Assembly: GCF_003334305.1 (NCBI RefSeq)
Contig: NZ_QOWS01000004.1
Length of the DNA stretch: 64,000 bases
Source: Escherichia coli
Lineage (GTDB): Bacteria > Pseudomonadota > Gammaproteobacteria > Enterobacterales > Enterobacteriaceae
Strand: one strand, 5' to 3'
Positions 52,309 to 60,238 of this stretch are shown here, piece by piece. Made by a program: the position numbers and the translations under genes. Position 1 is the stretch's first letter. The number at the start of each line of letters is the position of its first letter. Below the pieces are notes generated by a model that saw nothing but the letters and a program-made list of their open reading frames with translations, made no database searches and was not told the origin of the DNA.

Positions 52309-53763
52309 TTATTTTTCAATCGGATAGATAGTACCCGTATTCATAATGCCATTAGGATCGAACTGCTTTTTCAGCCCTTCCAGCAACGCCCACGCGCTGC
52401 CGTGTTCCAGTTTGCTCCAGTGAACGCGATGTTTACCGATACCGTGGTGGTGCACCATCGAACCGCCGAGGCGAATGGTTTCTTCACAGATGATCTTGTT
52501 GAGCGGATTGTGGTACTTGTCGATTTCCTCTTCCGGCTTACAGTCAACGACGTTGTAATCGTAGACGAAGTACATGTTGGTGCCGTTCTGATAGCTATGA
52601 GAGGAATGACCGCCCAGCATGGTGATGTCGTCGGCGTGCGGGAACTCAGTACGAATACGGTTAATAACGCTTTCGTAGATTTCGTGGATGCAGCTCCAGC
52701 AGCCGGACACTTCAGTGGTAAAGCCCATGTTGCCGGTTTTGAGGATCTGCACACGTTCGGCAGCCACTTTATCCGGTCCCCAGTTCAGGTTGTTAAACCA
52801 GGTTTCGATCAGCTTGCTGTCCACGCGCTGGCATTGCGGGTAGCGGGCAACGATTTCCGCAATCCCTTCGCCCGTCGCCTTCGCAATGCGAGGGTTACCT
52901 TCAGCCATAAAGATCAGCACGCATTTTCCGTCTGCAAAATGGGTGAAGTGTTGGGTGCCATCTTCAGCGTCATACAAACGAGCGATCGACGGACGATACC
53001 CTTCCACCATGACTTCACGCAGGATGTTGAAGCCGGTTTTCATGTCTTCCAGGATATAGCCGTAGAAGAGGTTGTTTTCCGGGGTGAATTTAAAGATTTT
53101 CACTGTTACTTCAGTGATATAGCAAAGTGCACCTTCGTTACCGATGATGATGTGGCGAATGTCCGGGCCAGCCGCGCGGCGTGGCACGTTTTTAATGCGT
53201 GTGACGGTGCCATCAGCCAATACTGCTTCCAGACCAACGACCATATCTTCGATTGCGCCGTAGAGTGTGGAGAACTGCCCGATACTGCGGGTTGCTACCA
53301 GGCCGCCCATCTGAGCCAGCGGCTTTGACTGCGGAGAATGCCCCGTGGTGTAACCTTTTTCACGCAACGCATTTTCCAGCACCTCCAGCGGAACGCCACA
53401 TTGCGCCGTCGCCTGCATATTCTCAATATCAATATTAATGATTTGATTCATGGCGGAGCCGTCGAGCACCACCGAGTTTTCCACAACGGTTTCCAGCCCA
53501 CCTTCAGTGGCGGAAGCGCCGGTACGCGGCACACCGTTAATTTTGTGCGCATTCATAAAATTCAGCACACGGGAGACTTGTTCTGTGGAACCGAGTTTTA
53601 CGACCGCTGCCGGAATCGGCAAAGTATAAATACCATGAATATCCGGAAATTTACGAAAACGGTCAATACTGTTCTTCTTTAATACTGTTTCATCGGTAAT
53701 TACGCGATCTGCACCAACAATTTCCTTTAGCTGGTCGACAATCGCTGCGCGAGATAAAGACAT
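52309..53763 (-). CDS. ygcU: FAD-linked oxidase (GlcD / alkyl-DHAP-synthase-like, PCMH fold)
   Basis: 484 aa with an N-terminal FAD-binding-4 domain (VPRTGASATEGG) and C-terminal HHHGIGK. Confidence 0.88.
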   Translation of the reverse strand: MSLSRAAIVDQLKEIVGADRVITDETVLKKNSIDRFRKFPDIHGIYTLPIPAAVVKLGSTEQVSRVLNFMNAHKINGVPRTGASATEGGLETVVENSVVLDGSAMNQIINIDIENMQATAQCGVPLEVLENALREKGYTTGHSPQSKPLAQMGGLVATRSIGQFSTLYGAIEDMVVGLEAVLADGTVTRIKNVPRRAAGPDIRHIIIGNEGALCYITEVTVKIFKFTPENNLFYGYILEDMKTGFNILREVMVEGYRPSIARLYDAEDGTQHFTHFADGKCVLIFMAEGNPRIAKATGEGIAEIVARYPQCQRVDSKLIETWFNNLNWGPDKVAAERVQILKTGNMGFTTEVSGCWSCIHEIYESVINRIRTEFPHADDITMLGGHSSHSYQNGTNMYFVYDYNVVDCKPEEEIDKYHNPLNKIICEETIRLGGSMVHHHGIGKHRVHWSKLEHGSAWALLEGLKKQFDPNGIMNTGTIYPIEK

Positions 53764-53832
53764 AGTAATTCCTTCCTGATAATAAAAATGGAATAATCAT
53801 TAATAAGAGAAAACAGAAACCACCGTTATGGA

Positions 53833-54618
53833 TTAGCGCACTAAATAACCACCATCGACCACTAATAAATGCCCATTGACATAATTTGAAGCCGGACTTG
53901 CGAGGAATACAGCTGCGCCCATTAAATCCTGAGTATCGCCCCAACGGTTTGCCGGAATATGATCAAGAACGCGCTGATTGGTTTCTGGATTACTGCGTGT
54001 CGCCAGCGTAATATCTGTTGCATAATAGCCAGGGGCGATACCATTTACCTGAATATTATATTGACCTAGCTCATCACAATAAGCTTTGGTGAACCCGGCA
54101 AGAGCATGTTTAGTGGCAGAATATGCAGGTGACCATTGTCCACCTAAGTAAGAGAACAATGAACAGATATTAATAATTTTGCCGCTTTTCTGCGGGATCA
54201 TAATTTTTGCAGCTTCATAGCTTAACTCGAATGCGGCGGTCAGGTTCACATCAATCATCGGATCCCAGTCGGCACGACCGAAGTCCAGCACCTTATTCAG
54301 CTTACAAATACCGGCATTGTTTACCAGAATATCAACTGTACCGAAACGCTCACAGCAAGCAGCGATAATCTTCTGCGGCGCGCCTTCTGCGGTGATATCC
54401 ACCTGCATGAAGTCCACCTCAACACCCTGTTTTTCAATCATTTCCTTTGTTTCGCCGTTATCTTTGACGAAACTAGGAATAAAGATATTTGCGCCAGCTT
54501 TGGCCAACGCCATGGCAAATGCCTGGCCTAAACCGCTATTCCCACCGGTAACAATTGCGGTTTTACCTTTCAGTGAGAAAAAATCCATTGAGAACGCATT
54601 GAGAGATTCGATTGACAT
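53833..54618 (-). CDS. ygcW: Short-chain dehydrogenase/reductase (KduD/gluconate 5-dehydrogenase-like)
   Basis: 261 aa from MSIESLNAFSMDFFSLKGKTAIVTGGNSGLGQA with catalytic YSATK. GGAG RBS upstream of the ATG at 54618. Confidence 0.88.
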   Translation of the reverse strand: MSIESLNAFSMDFFSLKGKTAIVTGGNSGLGQAFAMALAKAGANIFIPSFVKDNGETKEMIEKQGVEVDFMQVDITAEGAPQKIIAACCERFGTVDILVNNAGICKLNKVLDFGRADWDPMIDVNLTAAFELSYEAAKIMIPQKSGKIINICSLFSYLGGQWSPAYSATKHALAGFTKAYCDELGQYNIQVNGIAPGYYATDITLATRSNPETNQRVLDHIPANRWGDTQDLMGAAVFLASPASNYVNGHLLVVDGGYLVR

Positions 54619-54641
54619 AGTTAGCTCCAATTTCCGTAAGG

Positions 54642-54707
54642 CAAAAAAAAAGAAAGGTAACTTCCCCCGCGAGAGGGAAGTTACCTTTCTCATTATCTCT
54701 GGTAACT
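54642..54707 (-). promoter_or_regulatory. ygcW leader attenuator: intrinsic terminator plus overlapping antiterminator helix
   Basis: The minus-strand RNA reads AGUUACC-AGAGAUAAUGAGAAA-GGUAACU, the alternative helix. It overlaps the terminator AGAAAGGUAACUUCCC-UCUCGCGG-GGGAAGUUACCUUUCU-U9. The terminator ends 24 nt before the ygcW ATG. Confidence 0.7.
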
Positions 54708-54739
54708 GGAGATAATTTTTAGCATAACGGCATAACTGC

Positions 54740-54761
54740 TAATGTGATCGTAATCACAGTG
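54740..54761. promoter_or_regulatory. CRP-cAMP binding site centred between the divergent ygcW and yqcE promoters
   Basis: taaTGTGAtcgtaaTCACAgtg, a perfect TGTGA-N6-TCACA core. Confidence 0.7.
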
Positions 54762-54849
54762 TGATATTCGTATTGTCAAATAGTTTTAAAAAGCAGAAGC
54801 GTGATTACTCTCACACAACACCTCTGCTTTCCATGTTATTTCTTATTGC

Positions 54850-54912
54850 AATTACTAGAGACCTGAGAAAAGTAATCCACCTGAAAGGGCGGCTTACTTT
54901 TCTCTTTTTTTT
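54850..54912 (+). promoter_or_regulatory. yqcE leader attenuator: intrinsic terminator plus overlapping antiterminator helix
   Basis: The plus-strand RNA reads AUUACU-AGAGACCUGAGAA-AGUAAU, the alternative helix. It overlaps the terminator GAGAAAAGUAAUCCACC-UGAAAG-GGGCGGCUUACUUUUCUC-U8. The terminator ends 24 nt before the yqcE ATG. Confidence 0.65.
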
Positions 54913-54936
54913 GTCTATTACAAATGGGAATACGAT

Positions 54937-56214
54937 ATGCAACACAACTCATATCGCCGTTGGATAACCCTCGCGATAATTAGTTTTAGCGGCGGCGTTA
55001 GTTTCGACCTGGCTTATTTACGTTATATTTATCAAATTCCCATGGCGAAATTTATGGGATTCAGCAATACCGAGATAGGTTTAATAATGAGTACCTTTGG
55101 TATTGCGGCTATTATTCTTTATGCCCCCAGCGGCGTTATTGCCGATAAATTTTCACACCGCAAAATGATTACTTCCGCGATGATCATTACCGGATTACTG
55201 GGTCTGTTAATGGCAACGTATCCACCGCTGTGGGTAATGCTCTGTATTCAGGTCGCCTTTGCGATAACGACGATTTTAATGCTGTGGTCGGTGTCGATTA
55301 AAGCCGCCTCGTTGCTGGGCGATCATAGTGAGCAAGGGAAAATTATGGGCTGGATGGAAGGGCTGCGCGGCGTCGGTGTAATGTCGCTGGCGGTGTTTAC
55401 CATGTGGGTCTTTTCTCGCTTTGCACCGGATGACAGCGCCAGCCTGAAAACAGTCATTATCATCTACAGTGTGGTTTACATCTTGTTGGGGATTCTGTGC
55501 TGGTTTTTTGTTAGCGATAACAACAACCTGCGCAGTGCCAATAACGAAGAAAAACAGTCATTCCAGCTTAGCGACATCCTTGCCGTTTTGCGTATCAGCA
55601 CCACCTGGTATTGCAGCATGGTGATTTTTGGTGTCTTCACAATCTACGCCATTCTGAGTTACTCCACCAACTATCTGACCGAAATGTACGGCATGTCGCT
55701 GGTGGCAGCGAGCTACATGGGGATTGTGATCAACAAAATCTTCCGCGCGCTGTGCGGCCCACTTGGCGGCATTATCACCACCTACAGTAAAGTGAAATCC
55801 CCTACCCGCGTGATCCAAATCCTTTCCGTACTCGGCCTGCTGGCGTTAACTGCCCTGCTCGTCACGAACTCTAACCCGCAATCGGTCGCGATGGGGATTG
55901 GCCTGATTTTACTGCTGGGATTCACCTGTTACGCCTCACGCGGGCTGTACTGGGCCTGCCCTGGCGAAGCGAGAACACCGTCTTACATTATGGGCACCAC
56001 GGTAGGTATTTGTTCGGTGATTGGATTCCTGCCGGATGTCTTCGTTTACCCGATTATCGGCCACTGGCAAGACACCCTGCCCGCAGCAGAAGCCTACCGC
56101 AATATGTGGCTGATGGGAATGGCGGCGCTTGCCATGGTGATTGTCTTTACCTTTTTGCTGTTCCAAAAAATTCGTACTGCTGATAGCGCCCCCGCAATGG
56201 CTAGCAGCAAGTAA
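54937..56214 (+). CDS. yqcE: MFS transporter
   Basis: 425 aa, polytopic, divergent from ygcW. Confidence 0.85.
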   Translation: MQHNSYRRWITLAIISFSGGVSFDLAYLRYIYQIPMAKFMGFSNTEIGLIMSTFGIAAIILYAPSGVIADKFSHRKMITSAMIITGLLGLLMATYPPLWVMLCIQVAFAITTILMLWSVSIKAASLLGDHSEQGKIMGWMEGLRGVGVMSLAVFTMWVFSRFAPDDSASLKTVIIIYSVVYILLGILCWFFVSDNNNLRSANNEEKQSFQLSDILAVLRISTTWYCSMVIFGVFTIYAILSYSTNYLTEMYGMSLVAASYMGIVINKIFRALCGPLGGIITTYSKVKSPTRVIQILSVLGLLALTALLVTNSNPQSVAMGIGLILLLGFTCYASRGLYWACPGEARTPSYIMGTTVGICSVIGFLPDVFVYPIIGHWQDTLPAAEAYRNMWLMGMAALAMVIVFTFLLFQKIRTADSAPAMASSK

Positions 56215-56240
56215 GCCAGGAAAATTACAGGAGAAAAATC

Positions 56241-57719
56241 ATGTCGAAAAAATACATCATAGGGATTGATGGCGGAAGTCAGAGCACAAAAGTGGTGATG
56301 TACGATCTGGAAGGTAACGTGGTTTGCGAAGGCAAAGGCTTATTACAGCCGATGCACACGCCAGATGCCGATACTGCAGAACATCCTGACGACGATTTAT
56401 GGGCATCATTATGTTTTGCAGGTCACGATTTGATGAGCCAGTTTGCCGGGAATAAAGAAGATATTGTTGGCATCGGCCTGGGCTCCATCCGTTGCTGCCG
56501 TGCGTTATTGAAAGCCGACGGCACGCCAGCTGCGCCGTTGATTAGCTGGCAGGATGCACGCGTTACACGCCCTTACGAACATACGAATCCTGACGTGGCG
56601 TATGTCACCTCTTTTTCGGGTTATCTGACGCATCGCTTAACCGGCGAGTTTAAAGACAATATCGCCAACTATTTTGGTCAGTGGCCGGTGGATTATAAGA
56701 GCTGGGCATGGAGCGAAGATGCTGCGGTAATGGATAAGTTTAATATCCCCCGTCATATGCTGTTTGATGTGCAAATGCCTGGCACCGTCCTCGGACATAT
56801 CACACCACAAGCCGCACTGGCGACACATTTCCCGGCAGGACTGCCGGTTGTTTGTACCACCAGTGATAAACCGGTAGAAGCTCTGGGGGCCGGATTACTG
56901 GATGATGAAACTGCGGTAATTTCTCTTGGCACTTACATCGCATTGATGATGAACGGCAAAGCACTGCCGAAAGATCCGGTGGCGTACTGGCCGATTATGT
57001 CTTCTATTCCGCAAACATTGCTGTATGAAGGTTACGGTATTCGCAAAGGTATGTGGACGGTGAGCTGGCTGCGTGACATGTTAGGCGAGTCGTTAATTCA
57101 GGATGCCAGGGCGCAGGATCTTTCACCGGAAGATTTACTCAACAAGAAAGCCTCTAGTGTGCCACCTGGCTGTCATGGGCTGATGACGGTGCTGGACTGG
57201 CTGACCAATCCGTGGGAACCGTACAAACGCGGGATTATGATCGGCTTTGATTCCAGCATGGATTACGCATGGATATATCGTTCGATATTGGAAAGTGTGG
57301 CGCTAACGCTGAAGAACAATTACGACAATATGTGTAATGAAATGAATCACTTTGCGAAGCATGTGATCATTACTGGCGGCGGTTCGAACAGCGATCTGTT
57401 TATGCAAATTTTTGCCGACGTGTTCAACCTTCCGGCACGCCGTAACGCCATTAACGGTTGTGCAAGTCTGGGAGCAGCGATTAATACAGCGGTAGGTCTG
57501 GGGCTATACCCGGATTACGCAACGGCTGTTGATAAGATGGTTCGCGTGAAAGATATCTTTATACCGATTGAGAGCAATGCCAAACGCTACGACGCGATGA
57601 ATAAAGGCATTTTCAAAGACCTAACCAAACATACTGATGTGATCCTGAAAAAATCGTATGAAGTGATGCATGGGGAATTGGGGAATGTGGATTCGATCCA
57701 GAGCTGGTCGAATGCGTAA
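56241..57719 (+). CDS. ygcE: FGGY-family carbohydrate kinase
   Basis: 492 aa MSKKYIIGIDGGSQSTKVVMYD..., the FGGY N-terminal motif, with a C-terminal GGGSNS. Confidence 0.88.
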   Translation: MSKKYIIGIDGGSQSTKVVMYDLEGNVVCEGKGLLQPMHTPDADTAEHPDDDLWASLCFAGHDLMSQFAGNKEDIVGIGLGSIRCCRALLKADGTPAAPLISWQDARVTRPYEHTNPDVAYVTSFSGYLTHRLTGEFKDNIANYFGQWPVDYKSWAWSEDAAVMDKFNIPRHMLFDVQMPGTVLGHITPQAALATHFPAGLPVVCTTSDKPVEALGAGLLDDETAVISLGTYIALMMNGKALPKDPVAYWPIMSSIPQTLLYEGYGIRKGMWTVSWLRDMLGESLIQDARAQDLSPEDLLNKKASSVPPGCHGLMTVLDWLTNPWEPYKRGIMIGFDSSMDYAWIYRSILESVALTLKNNYDNMCNEMNHFAKHVIITGGGSNSDLFMQIFADVFNLPARRNAINGCASLGAAINTAVGLGLYPDYATAVDKMVRVKDIFIPIESNAKRYDAMNKGIFKDLTKHTDVILKKSYEVMHGELGNVDSIQSWSNA

Positions 57720-57727
57720 GTGAGGAA

Positions 57728-57751
57728 GGCCGGGCGGGAAACTGCCCGGCC
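57728..57751 (+). terminator. Hairpin after ygcE (possible terminator, no U-tract)
   Basis: GGCCGGGC-gggaaact-GCCCGGCC, 8 nt after the stop codon. Confidence 0.4.
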
Positions 57752-57764
57752 TGAACATACCTGA

Positions 57765-57903
57765 ATGGTTATCCCCGCTGACGCGGGGAACATAAGTTCG
57801 ACAACTTAAAAAATGATAACAAGTCCGGTTTATCCCCGCTGATGCAGGGAACATAATAAAAACTTTAACTAGTTCGGTTTATCCCTGTTTTTACAAGGAA
57901 TAT
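57765..57903 (-). CRISPR. Decayed CRISPR remnant: three degenerate type I-E repeats
   Basis: ATGGTTATCCCCGCTGACGCGGGGAACAT (57765-57793, 5 mismatches). CGGTTTATCCCCGCTGATGCAGGGAACAT (57826-57854, 4 mismatches). CGGTTTATCCCTGTTTTTACAAGGAATAT (57875-57903, heavily decayed). The first spacer is 32 nt and the second only 20 nt. Confidence 0.8.
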
Positions 57904-58357
57904 TAACTACACTCGATGTCTTTAGAATAAAAGACAATACGAATCGCACTTTATCAATTTTCACTTAAAGTATGAACTGGATATCTTTATTCATAAGAAC
58001 TATTCATCAACAGCGTATAGAGGCGGTTATGTAAAACCACTCATTAGCCTCAAAACAAAGACAAACTTCCAGATTTATTACTTAACCAATGAATAACAAG
58101 CTTAAAAAATATACTGTTATTCTAAAGAAAAAATTAACAGGCATTAATTCAATATTAAAAAAATAATAGATTAAAATTTCTTAACGATTTAAGAATCATA
58201 CAAATAACACTTTGATTAAATTTAATTTTTTGTATCGATAATTGTGAACCTCTCTGGCATGGAGAACTATTTTGAACATGAGGTGTTACGTGGATATGTT
58301 GCTTATTACAAGTACTGCTAATATAAAAACTTGAGAAAGAGATAACGGGTTATATGG

Positions 58358-58935
58358 TGGTTTATCCCCGCTGGCGCGGGGAGCTCAACATCGGAAACGG
58401 CTTCGCGGCGGCGGCGTCCGGTTTATCCCCGCTGGCGCGGGGAGCTCTACGTGAAGAATATTTGCAACACCCGCAAGAACGGTTTATCCCCGCTGGCGCG
58501 GGGAGCTCGGCATAGCCAGGCTGATCCGGCGACGGCCTTACGGTTTATCCCCGCTGGCGCGGGGAACACTGTTCGGCGGGGCGGTAGTACCACTGTTTTT
58601 TCGGTTTATCCCCGCTGGCGCGGGGAACACATCAACATGCAGCGCGAACGGCTGCCCCTCGCCGGTTTATCCCCGCTGGCGCGGGGAACACTCTTATTCA
58701 GTCCCCTTTTCCATCTGCTGTGGCGGTTTATCCCCGCTGGCGCGGGGAACACGTAAATTGCGACGTCCTGCGCCAGTAATTCAACGGTTTATCCCCGCTG
58801 GCGCGGGGAACACGATGCGGCAGCGGCGGCGGGAAGTTATCGCGGCGGTTTATCCCCGCTGGCGCGGGGAACACCTTTCAATATAGTCAGAAAAGTCTTT
58901 TGGCAACGGTTTATCCCCGCTGGCGCGGGGAACAC
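58358..58935 (-). CRISPR. Second type I-E CRISPR array (no adjacent cas genes): 10 repeats, 9 spacers of 32 nt
   Basis: Repeats start at 58358 and recur every 61 nt up to 58907. The seven leader-proximal copies match the array-1 consensus (…GGGGAACAC). The three distal copies end …GGGGAGCTC, and the outermost of these begins with T instead of C. Confidence 0.97.
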
Positions 58936-59110
58936 TCTAAACATAACCTATTATTAATTAATGATTTTTTAAGCCAGTCACAATCTACCAACTTTATAGT
59001 ATCACACAAACAACACATCCATTATGTTAAAGAGCACTTAATCCATTGATTAAAAAGGTAAATATTTAAAATAACTCTATACAAACTAAAATCTACCAAA
59101 CTTTACCGCA
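58936..59110 (-). promoter_or_regulatory. Leader of the second CRISPR array
   Basis: AT-rich. It contains the same ACAATCTACCAACT block as leader 1, at the same 45-nt distance from the first repeat, and a related repeat-proximal GGTTATGTTTAGA. Confidence 0.7.
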
Positions 59111-59274
59111 ATAATTTTCACTCCAGCGAAAAATTAATGCCACAGAATTTGTAGAGAATGCTAATGATTAGCCCTGGATGGGTAAAATGGAGGAGTTTTC
59201 AGAGGCGACAAACAATATAAATGAGTAGAAGTCTTTACAGGTTCCACCCATTTATAACGCTTATAAATGTTTAA

Positions 59275-59946
59275 TCAGGCAATATTTAGATATTTATGTG
59301 TTTGCATCGACAAACGCCAATTACGCGCAATGCAGGTTTCAATGCACAAACGTGTGGCATCATCCTTTTGGCTAATCGGCTGCAGTGCAATGACTCGCGG
59401 TTTATCATCGGTCAGCGTTGCCAGTAGTTCATCCAGTGCTTCAATATCACGTACGCGCCCCACTGGATGCTTGATTTCGTTGGCTCGCTCCAGTGCCTGT
59501 GACAACACGTCATAGCCGCCGCGCATGTTCAGCTTTGGCGATACGGTAACCCAGGTATTCGGTGTGCAGCGTACTTCATGAGTTCCACTGGTTTCGATCT
59601 GGCAGCTAAAACCGTTCTTTTCGAGCAGGTCAGTCAGTGGCAGCAAATCATGAATGCAAGGCTCACCACCCGTAATCACCACATGCCGCGCGGTATATCC
59701 CTGCCGACCAATGACAGCCAGCAAATCTTCACTGCTCGCCGCCCCCCACTTATCACTCTCTTTGGTCTTCGCCAGAATGCTGAAAAGGGAGACTTCCCGA
59801 TCCTCAAGCTTTTCCCAGGTGTGTTTGGTGTCGCACCAGGCACAGCCAACCGGGCATCCCTGTAAACGAATAAAAATGGCGGGGACGCCGGTAAAGTAAC
59901 CCTCACCTTGCAGGGTCTGGAACATCTCGTTAATCGGGTACTGCAT
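59275..59946 (-). CDS. queE: 7-carboxy-7-deazaguanine synthase (radical SAM, queuosine pathway)
   Basis: 223 aa MQYPINEMFQTLQGEGYFTGVPAIFIRLQGCPVGCAWCDTKHTW, an atypical radical-SAM Cx14CxxC motif. Confidence 0.93.
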   Translation of the reverse strand: MQYPINEMFQTLQGEGYFTGVPAIFIRLQGCPVGCAWCDTKHTWEKLEDREVSLFSILAKTKESDKWGAASSEDLLAVIGRQGYTARHVVITGGEPCIHDLLPLTDLLEKNGFSCQIETSGTHEVRCTPNTWVTVSPKLNMRGGYDVLSQALERANEIKHPVGRVRDIEALDELLATLTDDKPRVIALQPISQKDDATRLCIETCIARNWRLSMQTHKYLNIA

Positions 59947-60084
59947 AGCATTCTCTGTGAAGTGGATAATTGTTAATTATTGCAGATCCTGCCACAACAA
60001 TCATGTCTTATTAACATTCTGTTACAGGCAGATTTAAAGAAAAATGCGAAACATATCGTTAATAATTAAAGGGAGTAACGTATT

Positions 60085-60225
60085 ATGTCAGAAGAAAATA
60101 AAGAAAATGGATTTAATCATGTCAAAACATTCACCAAAATTATATTTATTTTTTCTGTGTTAGTTTTTAATGATAACGAATCTAAAATTACCGATGCCGC
60201 CGTCAATTTATTTATCCAGATTTAA
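60085..60225 (+). CDS. yqcG: Small 46-aa protein with one hydrophobic segment
   Basis: My translation is [51 protein letters not shown] lies 9 nt upstream. It is in the position where K-12 has the small gene yqcG, as I recall. Below the ORF-track cutoff. Confidence 0.5.
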   Translation: MSEENKENGFNHVKTFTKIIFIFSVLVFNDNESKITDAAVNLFIQI

Positions 60226-60238
60226 TGAGAAATTTATA

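Noticed and set aside
54761-54967. 68-aa ORF spanning the yqcE leader, considered as a possible leader peptide for ribosome-mediated attenuation.
   Set aside because: Neither its first ATG nor the internal ATG (MLFLIAITRD...) has a Shine-Dalgarno sequence. It reads through the U-tract and into yqcE out of frame. The paired ygcW leader has no equivalent ORF, so protein-mediated antitermination explains both leaders better.
58451-58756. 101-aa ORF across the second CRISPR array.
   Set aside because: Same artefact: translation of the CRISPR repeats (GLSPLARG, FIPAGAGNT, VYPRWRGEH).
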